Assembly: GCF_006345805.1 (NCBI RefSeq)
Contig: NC_042997.1
Span: 372,001-436,000, forward strand
Source of the DNA: Octopus sinensis
Lineage: Eukaryota
Direction of reading: 5' to 3'
DNA: 64,000 bases
Shown piece after piece: positions 38,377 through 51,633 of this stretch. The translations under genes were made by a program, and so were the position numbers. The stretch's first letter is position 1; each line of letters starts with the position of its first letter. The notes below the pieces were generated by a model that did not search any database, was not told the DNA's origin, and worked only from the letters and a program-made list of their open reading frames with translations.

Positions 38377-41300
38377 TTATGGGAGGTAGGTATTTCCGTA
38401 GATGTGTCACCATTTTAATGTTAATAGCGCTTCCTGTTGGAAACGATGACGCAATGACCCAACAAAGCTTCCGCGAATACTGCGAATTGACTGATTTTAT
38501 CAATGCATTTAACTAACTATAACACCTATTAAAATTTCAAGATTAGGTCATTATTTTGATTTTGCTATTCACACACCTCAGTGATGATGCCAAATTAAAA
38601 CTTTATTATGGATTCGGTTAAAAATAATTTTGTTGAACTGGGCTCAATGCGTTCTAGTATATATTTTACCTCATACTGATCGTAAAACTCATAAAAGAAA
38701 CCTGTGTTCACTTCCATTTACCTAGGAACTATCTTTTATATACACTCATATATTTCCACTCAATTATACTTTTTAATGCAGGTATTACCTTTGAAAAGAT
38801 GCTTGTATTATATGTATACAATTTTGTCGATAGGGATGTGAACAATGAAGGGGTGTGAGTACTGAAATAATATGCATATGTCTACAATTTAGAATAAATT
38901 TATTCTTTTGAAACCTCTTTCCAATTTCATTTACAGGTGAACTGGTCAGAAAAAGCGTTCGGATGTTTCCGCTGCTTTACGTATATCTAGTGAACTGATA
39001 ACCCAGCCTATAAAATATCAATGCATTCGCTTCTCAGATTTCATGTCAGATTCTCTGATGACACTATGACGGAATGATGGTATTCTGTATTTACGAATGG
39101 CAAAACGATTTTACCATTCGTAGATACAGAATATCTGGCGGAGTTGGACATAATTTTCTATTAGTTGTCGATATGCGACTGTAGCAAAAGCTCTAAAAAG
39201 GAATGAATTTGAGGGCTAAAATGTTCTTTATAATTATTTTCTTGAGTGAATTCATTGTTATCGAATCCTTTATAAGCAAGTTGTCTCTTCAAAGTTTTTC
39301 CAATTTTATGCTAAGTTCAAAAACATAGTTACAACATAAATTCTTGTATTCTGCAAAGAGCTAAGGAGGATGATGAGCATAGTTAGGGGCTGAGAACGAC
39401 GATGTGATGTACTCAGCAGTTTCTTTTTCTGGATGACTTTGATGATGTGGATTACGCACAATTTCCTAAAGGTCTTAACTAGGCAGTACACAACTGGCGG
39501 TGTAAAAAGTGAACATCATGGACAATTTCATCAGGAAATAAAGTGCCATTAGTGGGGCCCTGTTTAGAGTGTTACATAACACGTCTGCGTGCATTTTTGC
39601 AGTCTCCCGATATTGTTGTCTTGTGGTGTTATTTAAAGCGTTTGTTGCAGCGAATCCGATAGCTTCATCCAAGAATAGTGTCTACCATACAAACCACCTC
39701 TCTGTTTTCTTTGGATAAGGACGAATAAACATTTTATTTGTCTGGTGGTTACGGAGAAGAATGTAGTGTAGTCAATGAGTAAAACAAATGAAATAGTGGC
39801 AATGTAGAGAGAAAAATGGTTATTCAACAAATTTTATGGAAGGCGTTGAGATATGTGATCATTGTTTTACCAATAAGTTTGAGCGGAAAGATAGTCTAAA
39901 CGTGGAGCAAGGGCGGTAGCATTTTCAGAGTGCCTTGGCCAGAATTAAATATTTCACTATTTAAAAAAAATCCTTTTTCCTCTTACTGTACATTTAAAAT
40001 TCTCATGTGCAATGAATTTAAATATCCTTCATTTATCAGGGCGGCGAGCAAGTAAAATCTTTAATGCTTATCAGTGTTTCGTCCGTCTCTGTACTCAGAG
40101 ATCAAATTTTGCCGAGTTCGACTTTGCTGTTCATGCTTTTGTGGTGGATGAAAATAAGTACCCGTTGAGCACTGGTGTCGATATAATCGATTTAACCCCT
40201 CCCGAAATTGCAGGCCTTTTGCCAAAATTTGAAACCAATTTCTCTCATCCATCGCTTCTATGGTCACATAACAAACTACTGTTTTCTTTTTACTAGTAAT
40301 CTTGTTACATAATACCTATTCTTACAGTACAATCGAATGCTACTCTACGAGTATTGAATAAAGTGTTCTGTTTTTCGTTCTATATTATTGAAGGTACGCT
40401 ATATAAAATGATTGCAGTGACTAATATTAAAATTATCTGCATACTGTATATTTGTATATTACATTTCGTTTTCCTCATCTACACTGTCTCACCTTGTGAA
40501 TCACGTCCCCAGGCACCTATGAATATGGGGATGGTTTCTATTTTCAATTTCAGCATTTCGAATATTTCCTTTCTCGGCCGCCAAATTTCAACATTTTTGA
40601 TCAAAAGTTCTGTAGTATTCACATATCTCCACTTTCGAAACTATCAGTATAAAAATACTATGAAACTTTAGCAAAGAGTTGTGCATAATAAACTAGCCAT
40701 CTTTTTTCCTGGTAAAAATCAACATAGAAATACCTAGTATCTATATATCGATGATAGTACTTGAGAAATACTAATTTTATCGATATCGAGATAATGAAAA
40801 TAAAAATGCCTCACAATAATAGTCACAGATAATTTTCTTTTTAGTTTTCTAATGGTTCTGTCTATTTAATGTTACAAGTGGTATAAATACTTATTTTTAA
40901 GGCACAGGGATAGAAGCATCTAAAGAGAGAATTAGTTGATTACATTAAACCCAGTTCTCAAATAGTCCATTATTTTATTTACCCCCGTGGGATGAAAGAG
41001 TGGGAATAATAATAGTAAAGTGATTCGTTCTTCACTGGAGTTTGCTAATCTGCCGCCCTAACTACAAATAATAATAACATTGATTCTAGCATTGGTACAG
41101 TACCAGAAATGTCTTTGTTATAGCGAGGATGTAGAAGCAGTAAAAAGGTATATGAGCAGGGGGAAGTGGTGGAAGAAGTAAACATAACTTTGCGAAACAT
41201 TTATGGTGATCGTTACTCTAATTTTAGATATTGAACTCTGCAGCTACAATCAGAATGAAATCCCGTGATATTAAACACAGTATTACTGGTGCAACACCGA

Positions 41301-41936
41301 TCTCGCGGACACTGACGGACCAGAATTTCTTATAATCCACACGAATTTACGAGGAGGAACTTCAAATTCCTGCGGCCGCCTGTCTAGATTCTTGTTACAT
41401 TGAACAGACTTATACAATATTAATAAACCTGTGTCGTTTATAGTAATGTACAGGTACCTGTATTTCATTTATATATTTAAGTCATTTTAATATTTATTGA
41501 ATTTGTTGACCAAGCTAAACAGCCTTGATTCTGAAACATCAGTAATCTGAACAGGCTTTGGAACCAAGGGTTCAGGAGAATCTATGTTGCACCTGCAACT
41601 AATGTAAAGTAGTTCCATCATAGCGGACATTGGATTATATAATCGTATCATGTTTACAGCAACAATGAATTAATAACCTGCAGGACTGTATTTATTCCAC
41701 TGATATAACTACTACAAGGGGAACGACACCTTACGGAATATTCTGATCTGAAAATTGTAATGAACTATCTAGAACGCTGTGGGCGCTTAGCTAAATAGCT
41801 TACGCTCTCATAAATGTAAGGACACATTTGCAATTACTACGGACATCACGTAGCCTTTCATAATCATTAACACCATCTCACACAGTATTTTCTTCTCAAT
41901 GGATAAGAGGAAATGTAGCATCATTTTGTGAAGTAA

Positions 41937-42325
41937 ATGGATGGAAGCACTCCGTCGGTTAAGACGACGAGGGTTCCGGTTGATCCGATTCAACGGAACA
42001 GCCTGCTCGTGAAATTAACGTGTAAGTGGCTGAGTACTCCACAGACACGTGTATCCTTAACGTAGTTCTCGGGGATATTCAGCGTGACACAGAGAGTGAC
42101 AAGGCCGGCCCTTTGAAATACAGGTACAACAGAAACAGGAAGTAAGACTGAGAGAAAGTTGTGGTGAAAGAGTACAGCAGGGTTCACCACCACCCCCTGC
42201 AGGAGCCTTGTGAAGCTTTAGGTGTTTCGCTCAATAAACACTCACAACGCCCGGTCTGGGAATTGAAACCGCGATCCTATGACCGCGAGTCCGCTGCCCT
42301 AATCACTGGGCCATTGCGCCTCCAC
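41937..42325 (-). mobile_element. tRNA(Arg)-like SINE, full length, 9-bp TSD
   Basis: Head GTGGAGGCGCAATGGCCCAGTGATTAGGGCAGCGGACTCGCGG...; TSD GTGAAGTAA at 41928-36 and 42326-34; same family as 63806-64000. Confidence 0.9.
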
Positions 42326-44009
42326 GTGAAGTAACTAGTCATTATATTACAGACATTTCAGCATAAAAGACATTCAACGAAATAATCCAAGCATTAAAGA
42401 CGTTTATCCAATTAGCGAGATTATAATGAAGACATCAGGTTGTTTATCCATTATTGAAAGATTATGAATATATGGATATATAATAAATTGAGTCATCGAG
42501 GAAACGTCATTGTTTCCTGGAAAATAAGAACAAATTTGACCTTGAAATAATAGTCAGTTGTCTTAAAAAAACTCTTTGTATAGTGTAGTCCTCTATAAGA
42601 TACCCTGGAATAAAAAGCCATGGCTAGAACGCTGATCTGAGACTGATCAATAGCAACAGCAACAGCTTTAAGGTATGTTCATAAATAAACATTTGTGGTT
42701 ATCCTGTAAAATTATTCCTTTTCTAAATCATTTAGAAATGTAAGCAGAACACAACTTTGCGTAGGCACGCCACTGTGATATTGAACAATACATCTTTCGG
42801 TTAGTTATCTGACACTCTGTTTCACTGACAATTCACAGCTTTAAGCAACGTTGAGAAATGTTTTGCAAATTATTATATCATCAGTCGCATCCAGGTCATG
42901 CAGGTGAACATGAAATGTTACAAAAACTATTATTTTCAACTTCTAACATAATGTCATGTATTTTAATTTACTTTAAATCTCCTGTTGCTTAGTAAACATC
43001 ATTATTGACCAATATTATAAATCCTCACTGATCTCAAACATAGCAGCATAGTCCAACCTTTGTCTTCTCTTCATCTCTCCTCTCCCCCCTCTCTCTCTCT
43101 CTCTCTTCTACAATTCTTAATCATAAATTATGAAGATACTGTCGCTTGTTTTATTTATTAGGAAGGAAATATTACCAATTACTTTAAATGTCTACATATC
43201 ATTATTATTTTTCCATTATTACGACTTCATATACATATGGTATAAATACAACTGGAAACATTTTTCGCAAAAAGCAACAACAGAGAGATGTTATCTAACA
43301 TAATCACAAACACAGATAAATACAACGACGATTACGAGGGCAAAATTAGTATGATTTATTATCAAGAAATGTACAGAAGAAAATTAAATAAAATTATTTT
43401 CCACCATTCATATCATGTTCGTAGAAGTTATTTTCATGTTTCTTTCTTTCTTTTTTTTTCCAAGTCATTCGCTCAGGTTTTGACTTCGTTTCAGCTTGCC
43501 ATATGTTGTTGCTAAGCACACATGGTTTGTTTCAGATTGGCATTAATGATCCGATTGTTTGCTCCTAGAATGGTTTATTTCACTTCTGCTTGCTTTGTGT
43601 ACATATTTAACAACGATGTATTACAATTACAAAATTAATGTTTGCGAATGAAAAATCATTATAAATGCAAAAAAAAAAAGAAAAAAAGTAAAGAAACCAG
43701 AACAAACAACATTTTAATAGATTTGTGGTTGTCATTGTTATAGTCATAGTTATCATTTCCTTTTATCAATTTAAATTTATAATTAATTGTTATAAATCAA
43801 TTGTCGATGCAGAGAAATTGGATGGCTGAAAACAGTTAATTTACGTAACCAACTCTTGAAGAGAAAGAAACTGACAGATGTTTAAATACTGACAATTATA
43901 TTTTAACTTTCACTATGTTTTATATGCTGCAGGCATTCCTATTATATACATACATGCACGCACACACACACACGCACACAAACGCATGCACACATATACA
44001 CACACTTAC

Positions 44010-44064
<55 letters not shown>

Positions 44065-44249
44065 ATATATATATAAACACAGGAATGCATTCATCATTGA
44101 GTTGTTGATGATGAAAGTATGCAGCCTGTCCAAAATCCTCAGGTTATTGTCGGCGATGAACCCATTGACTAGAGAAATCTTCACTTAAAGATGACATTTA
44201 TAGTAAAGGAAACCAACATTGAAATATCAATCGAGCAGTGGGAGATAAT

Positions 44250-45040
44250 TAATTGCACTCACGGACGCGAGTCATGAACGAAGGACCGGATTGATTCACC
44301 TGGACAAACGAATCAGAATCTGTAAACCTGATGCGCAACGGGACCGTGTTAACAACGTGTTGCAGAAGATGGTGGAAGACTATAGATATCGGAAAGTATG
44401 TGGAAAGGGGATACGTCGACGGCTGAAACTCGATATGGAGGAAACAGGTGTGAAAGTGCTCTAATCTGCTGGAAATGTTTGAAGCTAATAAAAACATGTG
44501 TTTTCTGATCATGTGACAGAATAAGAAACTTGACTTAACCCTTATGACCTGGAAAAGGAGACCCAGCCTTGTAATAACGTCGTATATCTTCAAAGTCTAA
44601 GAAGTTCAATGAGACATAGATTGGCACAAAATTCATGGCAACAAAAATTTGGGAATGATGCTTGTGTTGTTCTTGATTATGAAATTACGCTATACAGTAA
44701 ACATCGAGTAGTACAGTGAGACATCCAAAAATCTTAGAAAAACATTAAAGGAAAGAGACTCTAACTCCACACATCCTTCGGAACAAAGCAGTTAGCCGGC
44801 TAAGATTAAAAAGCCTTAGCCAATCCACCGTACAATCCAGATATGACGCCTTGCAAAGTTCACACGTTCCATCCAAGAATAACAATTCGATGACATAGAT
44901 GAAGTGGAAAAGGCTGTGAAGAAGTGGATACAATAGCGCACATGGCGATCTTTTCATATTGGTTTCAAGAATTGGATTGGACAATGTTGCAAATACATCC
45001 CCTGTAATGGGGACCATATGGACAATTTAGTCTACCAACG
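44250..45040 (+). mobile_element. Degenerate mariner remnant
   Basis: YRKVCGKGIRRRL (WVPREL region), PYDLEKETQ, HPPYNPDMTP-like and FDDIDEVEKAVKKW occur in mariner order. Confidence 0.65.
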
Positions 45041-45079
45041 TGCTACCTTTTTGATCAAATTATGTAAATATATATATAT

Positions 45080-45418
45080 ATGCTGAGACCCCCTCCGGTC
45101 ATGACTGACCAAGGGATTGCACCTAGAAAGTTACCCTCCAAGGCACAGGTTCCGGGCAAAGTTGTTTATAGAAGACCATCAGTCGCCCATGTATACCGGC
45201 CTCCCCTCTCCACGCATCTAGTGTTATCCAAGGGAAAGGCAAAGGCCGATACGGTTTGCCATCTGAGACGTCGCAAATCATTTCTACAGCTGAGTGAACT
45301 GGAACAACGTGAAATAAAGTGTCATGTTCAAGAACACAACACGCAGCCTCCGTCCAGGATTCGAACTCACAACCTCACGATCGTAAGCTCGACGCTCTAA
45401 TCACTGAGCCATGCCCCT
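45080..45418 (-). mobile_element. tRNA-derived SINE (third family)
   Basis: The reverse head ccaggattcgaactcacaacc...gacgctctaatcactgagcca has B- and A-box-like motifs. Confidence 0.75.
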
Positions 45419-45484
45419 TCATATATACACGTATACATATACATACATGCATACAAACATACATACATAATACATACATACATA

Positions 45485-45543
<59 letters not shown>

Positions 45544-45546
<3 letters not shown>

Positions 45547-45904
45547 ACAATTGAGGGTAAAATTAATTAATTAATCAATTTCACCAAGTGTTCAGTATGT
45601 AAAAGGACCATTTAAGGCGAATTCAAAATATTACATTATATAATTAGGGCTTAGTAAAATAAATTACTTTGCCACATACTGAACTTAGTAGAAATAGCAG
45701 CCAAAAAAAAATTTTCTTAGCATTTCTACTACTTAAAAGAAAATTTCTCTGAGATAATGTTTCTGAGTAATTTCTCCGAGTAAACATTATCTCAGAGAAA
45801 TTTTCTTTTAAGTAGTAGAAATGCTAAGAAAATTTTTTTTGGCTGCTATTTCTACTAAGTTCAGTATGTGGCAAAGTAATTTATTTTACTAAGCCCTAAT
45901 TATA

Positions 45905-45908
<4 letters not shown>
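45544..45908. repeat. Fold-back fragment related to the 25.35-28.38 kb unit
   Basis: It starts with the same tcaacaattgagggtaaaatt end after (TA)n. Arms at 45635-45762 and 45782-45908 are near-perfect, with a 19-nt spacer. Confidence 0.92.
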
Positions 45909-45941
<33 letters not shown>

Positions 45942-46733
45942 CATAGACATGACAGAAGTAAATAGACACCCTTATAATCATTAAAACTGTTTCGCTCACA
46001 CTCTACCACCTCTGATCCACCATCACTCCAAATTGCTCCCCAGACCATCACAAAATAGACACTGTGTTTCATTGTTGGCTGAAACGTTTGCACGTCAAAT
46101 TCATGAGCACAAAGTCTCCAGACACACACTCAAACACTGTCTCAAGTACACTCAACCAGAGAATATGACAGTGTCCCAAAATGCTAGTGGCATCTTTACC
46201 ATCTCACTGGCCAAGTGTTTTCTCCGCTTGATGTTGGCAAGTCGAAATGTCTTCTTTCTTGCTGTTCTGCCATAGTAACCAAGTTTGTTGAGATACTTCA
46301 CAGCTGTTCTGGGACTGACGTCAACGTGTTTTGCTATGCTGGAGGCCTTGCAGCGAGGATTATTCTCCACACTTCTCTTAGCAAACAGAAAGGTCCTGTG
46401 AGATGGCTCTGGTTGATGTGGGCGAGGTGACGTGGATTCTTTCCCCTCTCTCGTGGATGGCACAATCACTCTGTTTACTGTAGAAAGCGGGATCCCAAGA
46501 TTTTCTGCGATTTTACGCTGATTATGACCATCTTCAGAACAAACCACAATACAGCCTCTTTGAAATTCAGACAGTTCTAAATTTTCTTTTGTACATGAAA
46601 CGATTAAACAGTCACATATAAAATCGGAAACAGGAACATGTGGTCAAATAATAAAAAATATTAACCTTGAAAAGTTAGTATAAGCATAAAAGGATGTTTT
46701 ATGTGGTATCTATTTACTTCTGTCATGTCTCTG
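45942..46733 (-). mobile_element. Tc1-like element, internally deleted, both TIRs
   Basis: ~28-bp TIRs ca(t/g)agacatgacagaagtaaataga. ORF 46152-46547 encodes a Tc1 paired-like HTH region up to WDTVIFS, then VMVWGAI. The catalytic C-terminus is missing. Confidence 0.85.
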
Positions 46734-46739
46734 TGTGTC

Positions 46740-48060
46740 CATTATCGAACCTCTGGCAGCATATTTAATATCAGGCGCCTTGCTGCAAAACCAAAGATAT
46801 TTACCTCTATCATAAGAGACCTTTTGTATGCTGATGTTTGTGATTGATATGCAACACATTTTGAATGCATTCACTGATGCTTGCACTGCCTAAGGATTGA
46901 CAGTCAATCTCAAGAAAACTGTTGTCATGCATCAACCTGCCCCTGGTAAGGTAAGCAGTATAGTGTACCAAATATCCATGTGAATGGTAAACGACTTGAT
47001 GTAGTTGATCAGTTTGTCTACCTGGGAAGCACTATTAATAGATAAGGCAATGTGGATGATGAATTTCCATATAGAATTATGAAAGCAAGTGTTGCTTTCG
47101 GAAGGCTAGAAAAGCGCCTCTGGAGTCGGCGAGAGACATGCAGAAAGACAAAGATAAAGGTGTACAAGGCATGTGTGCTCCCTTCTCTTCTCTATGCCTG
47201 CGAGACGTGGGTCAGATATCGATACCACCTTAAACAACTGGAACGTTTCCATCAGATGTGCCTCAGACGGATCTATGGCATTAAGTGGAAGGACCGCATC
47301 AGTGATCTTGAAATACTCAAAGGCTCTCGGTGTGAAAGTATAAAAGCTCTTGTGTTAAAGCAAAGGCTCAGATTGAGTGGTCATCTGGTCAGAATGAAGG
47401 ATTCAAGGATGCCAAAACAACTCTTTTATGGAGAGTTAGCTAAAGAAGAACGACCTCCACATAAACCAAAAAAGAGGTATACGGATTTGCTGAAGGCTTC
47501 CTTAAGAGATGCTTGCATCTTTCCTTACACATGGGAAGGCATCGCTATTGATCGTAGCAAGTAGTGAGGTATTTTGCATGAGGAGACAGCCACGTTTGAG
47601 AAATCTCGAGTTGCACATGAGAAAGTAAGGAAGGATGTCAGGAAGGGCATCGCTGTTACACTTCCAGAAGGGAAGGGTCTTCCTTTGATTCTGACTTGCA
47701 ATGTCTGTGCAAGACCCTGCCTCAGTAAAGCTGGACTCATGAGTCATCTTCGTAGTCATAAAACGAGACAGATGATTGACAACCTGGCCACTGGTGGTGG
47801 TGTAACACACCTTACTAATCATATCTGTCGGGCATGTGGAAGAGAGTGTAATTCGGCAGGAGGACTTAAACGACATGCAAAGGTACATGAAGCCCAGTTA
47901 CAACTACATCCTGCTATTACCAGTAAAGGTTTTAGTTGCCAATTTTGTACAAGACATTGTAGATCTTTAGCTGGGCTAAAAAGTCACATTCGATCACAGC
48001 ACCAGTAACAGTTAAGCTTCGTGCAATGACCATACTCGATAACGAGGGGGCAGCCATAAA
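46740..48060 (+). mobile_element. 5'-truncated RTE-clade LINE with three C-terminal C2H2 fingers
   Basis: YRTSGSIFNIRRL, LLYAD, FVYLGS, KTKIKVYKACVLPSLLYACETW, RLRLSGHLVRM..RMPKQLFYGEL, then three Cx2C...Hx3-4H units; (TATG)n tail. Confidence 0.9.
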
Positions 48061-48094
48061 TGAATGTATGTATGTATGTTTGTATGTATGTATG

Positions 48095-48128
<34 letters not shown>

Positions 48129-48709
48129 TGTACGTACGTATATATATATATATATATATATATAGGTGCAGACGTGGATGCGTGGTAAGAAGCTTGCTTC
48201 CCAACCACATAGTTCCGGCTTCAGTTCCAAATTGGGCGTGGCACCTAGTCCAAGTAATTAATGATAACTTATTTGAATTTATATATATATAAATAGGGAG
48301 AGAGGGATAGAGAGAGAGAGGGAGGGGGAGAGAAAGATAGATAGATATATATGGTTGTGAGTGTGTTTGTGCGTGTCTGTTCATTTGTGCATGACTATCA
48401 ATTATCAAGTTTTTGCCAGAACGTCAGATAGATCACCTTCCGCTTATATTTCCCTTTCTGCGTCCTCCTACTTGATTTTACCTTACATTATTTATAGACC
48501 AATGTATATAGTACCAGTATTAGTCAGATCTGGAGCGAGATGAGTTGCCGTAAATCTCTATAGCCCAAGACATTAAGGAGTTAAAGGCATGCATGGTATG
48601 TAAAATTTGATATATATTCATGCACAGCTACACACATCCACAACCATATATGCATGCATTCATACACACACAAACACACACACATACATACATACGTATA
48701 TACACACAT

Positions 48710-48754
<45 letters not shown>

Positions 48755-48839
48755 CACACGCTTCTGAAATTCGCTGTTGGGTGTATCATTCTATTTTCGA
48801 AAAAATCGAGTGAATGAGCTACGTATATACGAACATGCA

Positions 48840-48934
<95 letters not shown>

Positions 48935-48935
48935 T
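48840..48935. repeat. (ATCT)n microsatellite
   Basis: Direct reading. Confidence 0.95.
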
Positions 48936-49899
48936 AATCTATCTATACACATACGTACATGCATGCACATATACATACATAGGTACACATACCATCACAC
49001 ACAGACACAAACATACACACACACGCACACACACACACACACACACGCGCACACACACACATATGTATATATATGCTGCGCGTAACGTTGCCAATGATGT
49101 AAAACCTGATTATTTGGCCAGATGATCTGTGGCTTCATTAACTTCAAAGTATACTCTAACAGCATTTCTCTTGCATCACATCATACGTAATGTTTGAAGT
49201 CTGTGTTTAATCATAGAAGTAATGTTATACTTGATACACATCATCCTATGTCTAATATAATTTTGAATATCTCTGTTCGACTCATTTCTTCTATTGTTAA
49301 TATTTTTGACTTGGTGAACGTTTATAATTAGCCATGGCTGTGGCCCCTGTTTCAGAATGCGTACGTTTTAACCTGAATATGCTTTAAAGAGTTTTCAAAT
49401 AAAATGTTATGCCTCATTTCTATGTATATTGCAATTTCTTTGAAATTTGAGCTCATTTTCTAGGATCTGTTAAAGCGCTGCATTTTGAGAACGTGTGGGG
49501 TAATGAATAATATTTTATAATGTGCATTGACTGCTGTAGATTGGAAAGTAAGCAGATGTGATGGAACTTAATTACATGCTAAAGACGGCTCATTATATTT
49601 ACTGTTTTTCCTTAATATCACTGAATATCCTGAATATTAGGTCACTCGTTTACCTCTACATGAAATCAACTGGGTCAAACAGCCATTCGTAAATAACATA
49701 GGAAAGATACAAGAAAGGTGTCTATGTCCTTCCACGTATGTTAAGACAAGAGAACAAATGTCAGTTCCTTGTTAAATGACAGCCGGATCCATCTTTACGA
49801 TAGCTTATTTGAAGTTTATTTTATAGCAGGTCTGTTTTCAATGAAGCTCTTCCTGACTGTGTTGGTGCTAAGTACATAACATCTATATCGGCTTAAAGT

Positions 49900-50900
49900 T
49901 ATATATTCACAATTTAGCAAGTAAATTACATTTCCTCAGTGTTTAATTTTGCCTTTTCATTTATAGCAAAGCTCTGGCTAATAGCATAGTATCTTTTAAT
50001 GTTATTTCTTGAATTGGCTTGAAGGACTTTCGTTATTTCACTTTCATTTCAATGCTTTGTTATCTTATCGGATCCATGTATTCCTCCGCATATGTCTGAA
50101 TGTCCTGTTCAAATTTTGTTTTCTTTGTCTAAATCTAACACATTATTTTAAAATTATTTTTATTTACCTACTTTGTGTTCCGCTAAAGCCGCTTTCATCT
50201 AAGATAAGATCTATGTACATTTTCTCTAATTGGAAGTTAGCTTTTCCCAGATAGTTTTAATTAAAGTATATACGGGAGGTTATTTTTATTTATCTGTGCG
50301 ATTTGTATCCAATGTGGTTGAAGTTAAGAAATTTGTTCTTGGGGTCTCTGTCAGACAAAATAGTTGTTGGTATAGAGTTTTCATGAACATTTTCATTTTT
50401 CTTGGAAAAGAAATAGCTTATTTTTTTATCTATATATTAGTTAGGATAATATTTTTTCTGAGTTCAAACTTGGTTCGACTTTGCCTTTCATTCTTTTGGA
50501 GTCGATAAAATATGTACCGGTTGAGCACTGGGTTCGACTTACATTTTCATCCTAAATCGCTGGCCTTGTGCCAAAATTTTATACCGATATTGTTATCTCG
50601 GTTTATGACACGTTTGCTTCTCTACCTAATTTCGATTCCGGCTTCACTATGCATAACTTTATACCTCCTTCATCTATTTGCCTTCAACACATTTCCCTAT
50701 AAACTAAGTTATTACAATCGCACAGCCGCAGATTTCCAATTGACTCTGATTCGGCTAGATTCCTTCTCACAGTTGAAAAGTTATATATAGGCCAATCATT
50801 TTTCAGTTAATAAACTCGTTAAGTTTCTTGGCAATCATCTCTAACATTTATTTTATTCGAACTCAGATATTACTCGGAACAAATATTATTACACTTTAAC
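49900..50900 (-). mobile_element. Highly degenerate Penelope-like remnant interrupted by a SINE (~50460-50590)
   Basis: Weak translated similarity: MIGLYITFQL (ELVGLYIL-like) and a YMDP/YIG-like segment near 50050. Confidence 0.35.
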
Positions 50901-50948
50901 AATAAATCACTTATGTTTCTGATAAAATTCAGCACTCGTCGCGACCTC

Positions 50949-51633
50949 CGTGGTCTGGTCAATAAGTATCCGGGCTGTCGCCAGAGTAATGAGGCTATAA
51001 TTTAGCGTTCTAGCATACTTCCGCTGTCTACCGCATTGCTTGGAAGTAACACGGATAGTGTGTGTTCGTCGCAATGACCATCCTGTAAAAAGTTGAGCTG
51101 GGAATCTGCATCAATTTTTACCAAAAGATTGGAGATATGTAAAGTTTTCAAAGAGCTTTCATCGTTCTCGAAATAATTAAGTAGGTTTTGTGTAACTGAG
51201 ACCTGAGTATCATTTTGGGTCAGCTGAAAGCACTTTTGGCACAAACTTGGCAGACACCCGTCTCATACCGTAACTAATCTGCACATATTCGGAAAACCCA
51301 CGGATGGTGATTCGACCATCTCGGAAATAGCTGGACCACTCGTACACTTGTGTGCGGCTCATACACTCCTCTCCATACACTTTCTGCAACTTGCTTTAGG
51401 CGTCTCAGCAGGTATCGTCATAACAACTTTCTCTGTCATGGTCAATGCAACGATCACATGTTACACGCGTTAATTTGAAGCATTGCTGTAAACAGCGGAA
51501 GTGAGCTAGAACGTTAAAACGTAGTGCGCATGCATAACAGAGCTCAAGGTCAATGTTTGTCAAGCGGTTTTACTCTGCGTGCTTTAGCGTCGTTACTATT
51601 GCAATAGTCCGGATACTTATTAATCAGATCTCG
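50949..51633 (-). mobile_element. mariner, internally deleted, both TIRs
   Basis: ~28-bp imperfect TIRs (cgtggtctggtcaataagtatccggg / ccggatacttattaatcagatctcg-TA). Translation KLQKVYGEECMSRTQVYEW..FRDGR and RRVSAKFVPK. Confidence 0.8.

Noticed and set aside
39480-39720. MULE-like motif (DEAIGFAATNAL) on the minus strand
   Set aside because: It is a single short degenerate motif with no TIRs or supporting segments.
41500-41930. Ghost LDLa-like peptide (V*DGVNDYERLRDVRSNC) suggesting a receptor pseudo-exon
   Set aside because: Key cysteines are replaced by stop/Tyr, there are multiple stops and no convincing splice frame; indistinguishable from chance without a profile search.
47574-48008. 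Host C2H2 zinc-finger gene
   Set aside because: It is contiguous with the RTE ORF and followed by the LINE 3' end and tail; it lacks TGEKP linkers.
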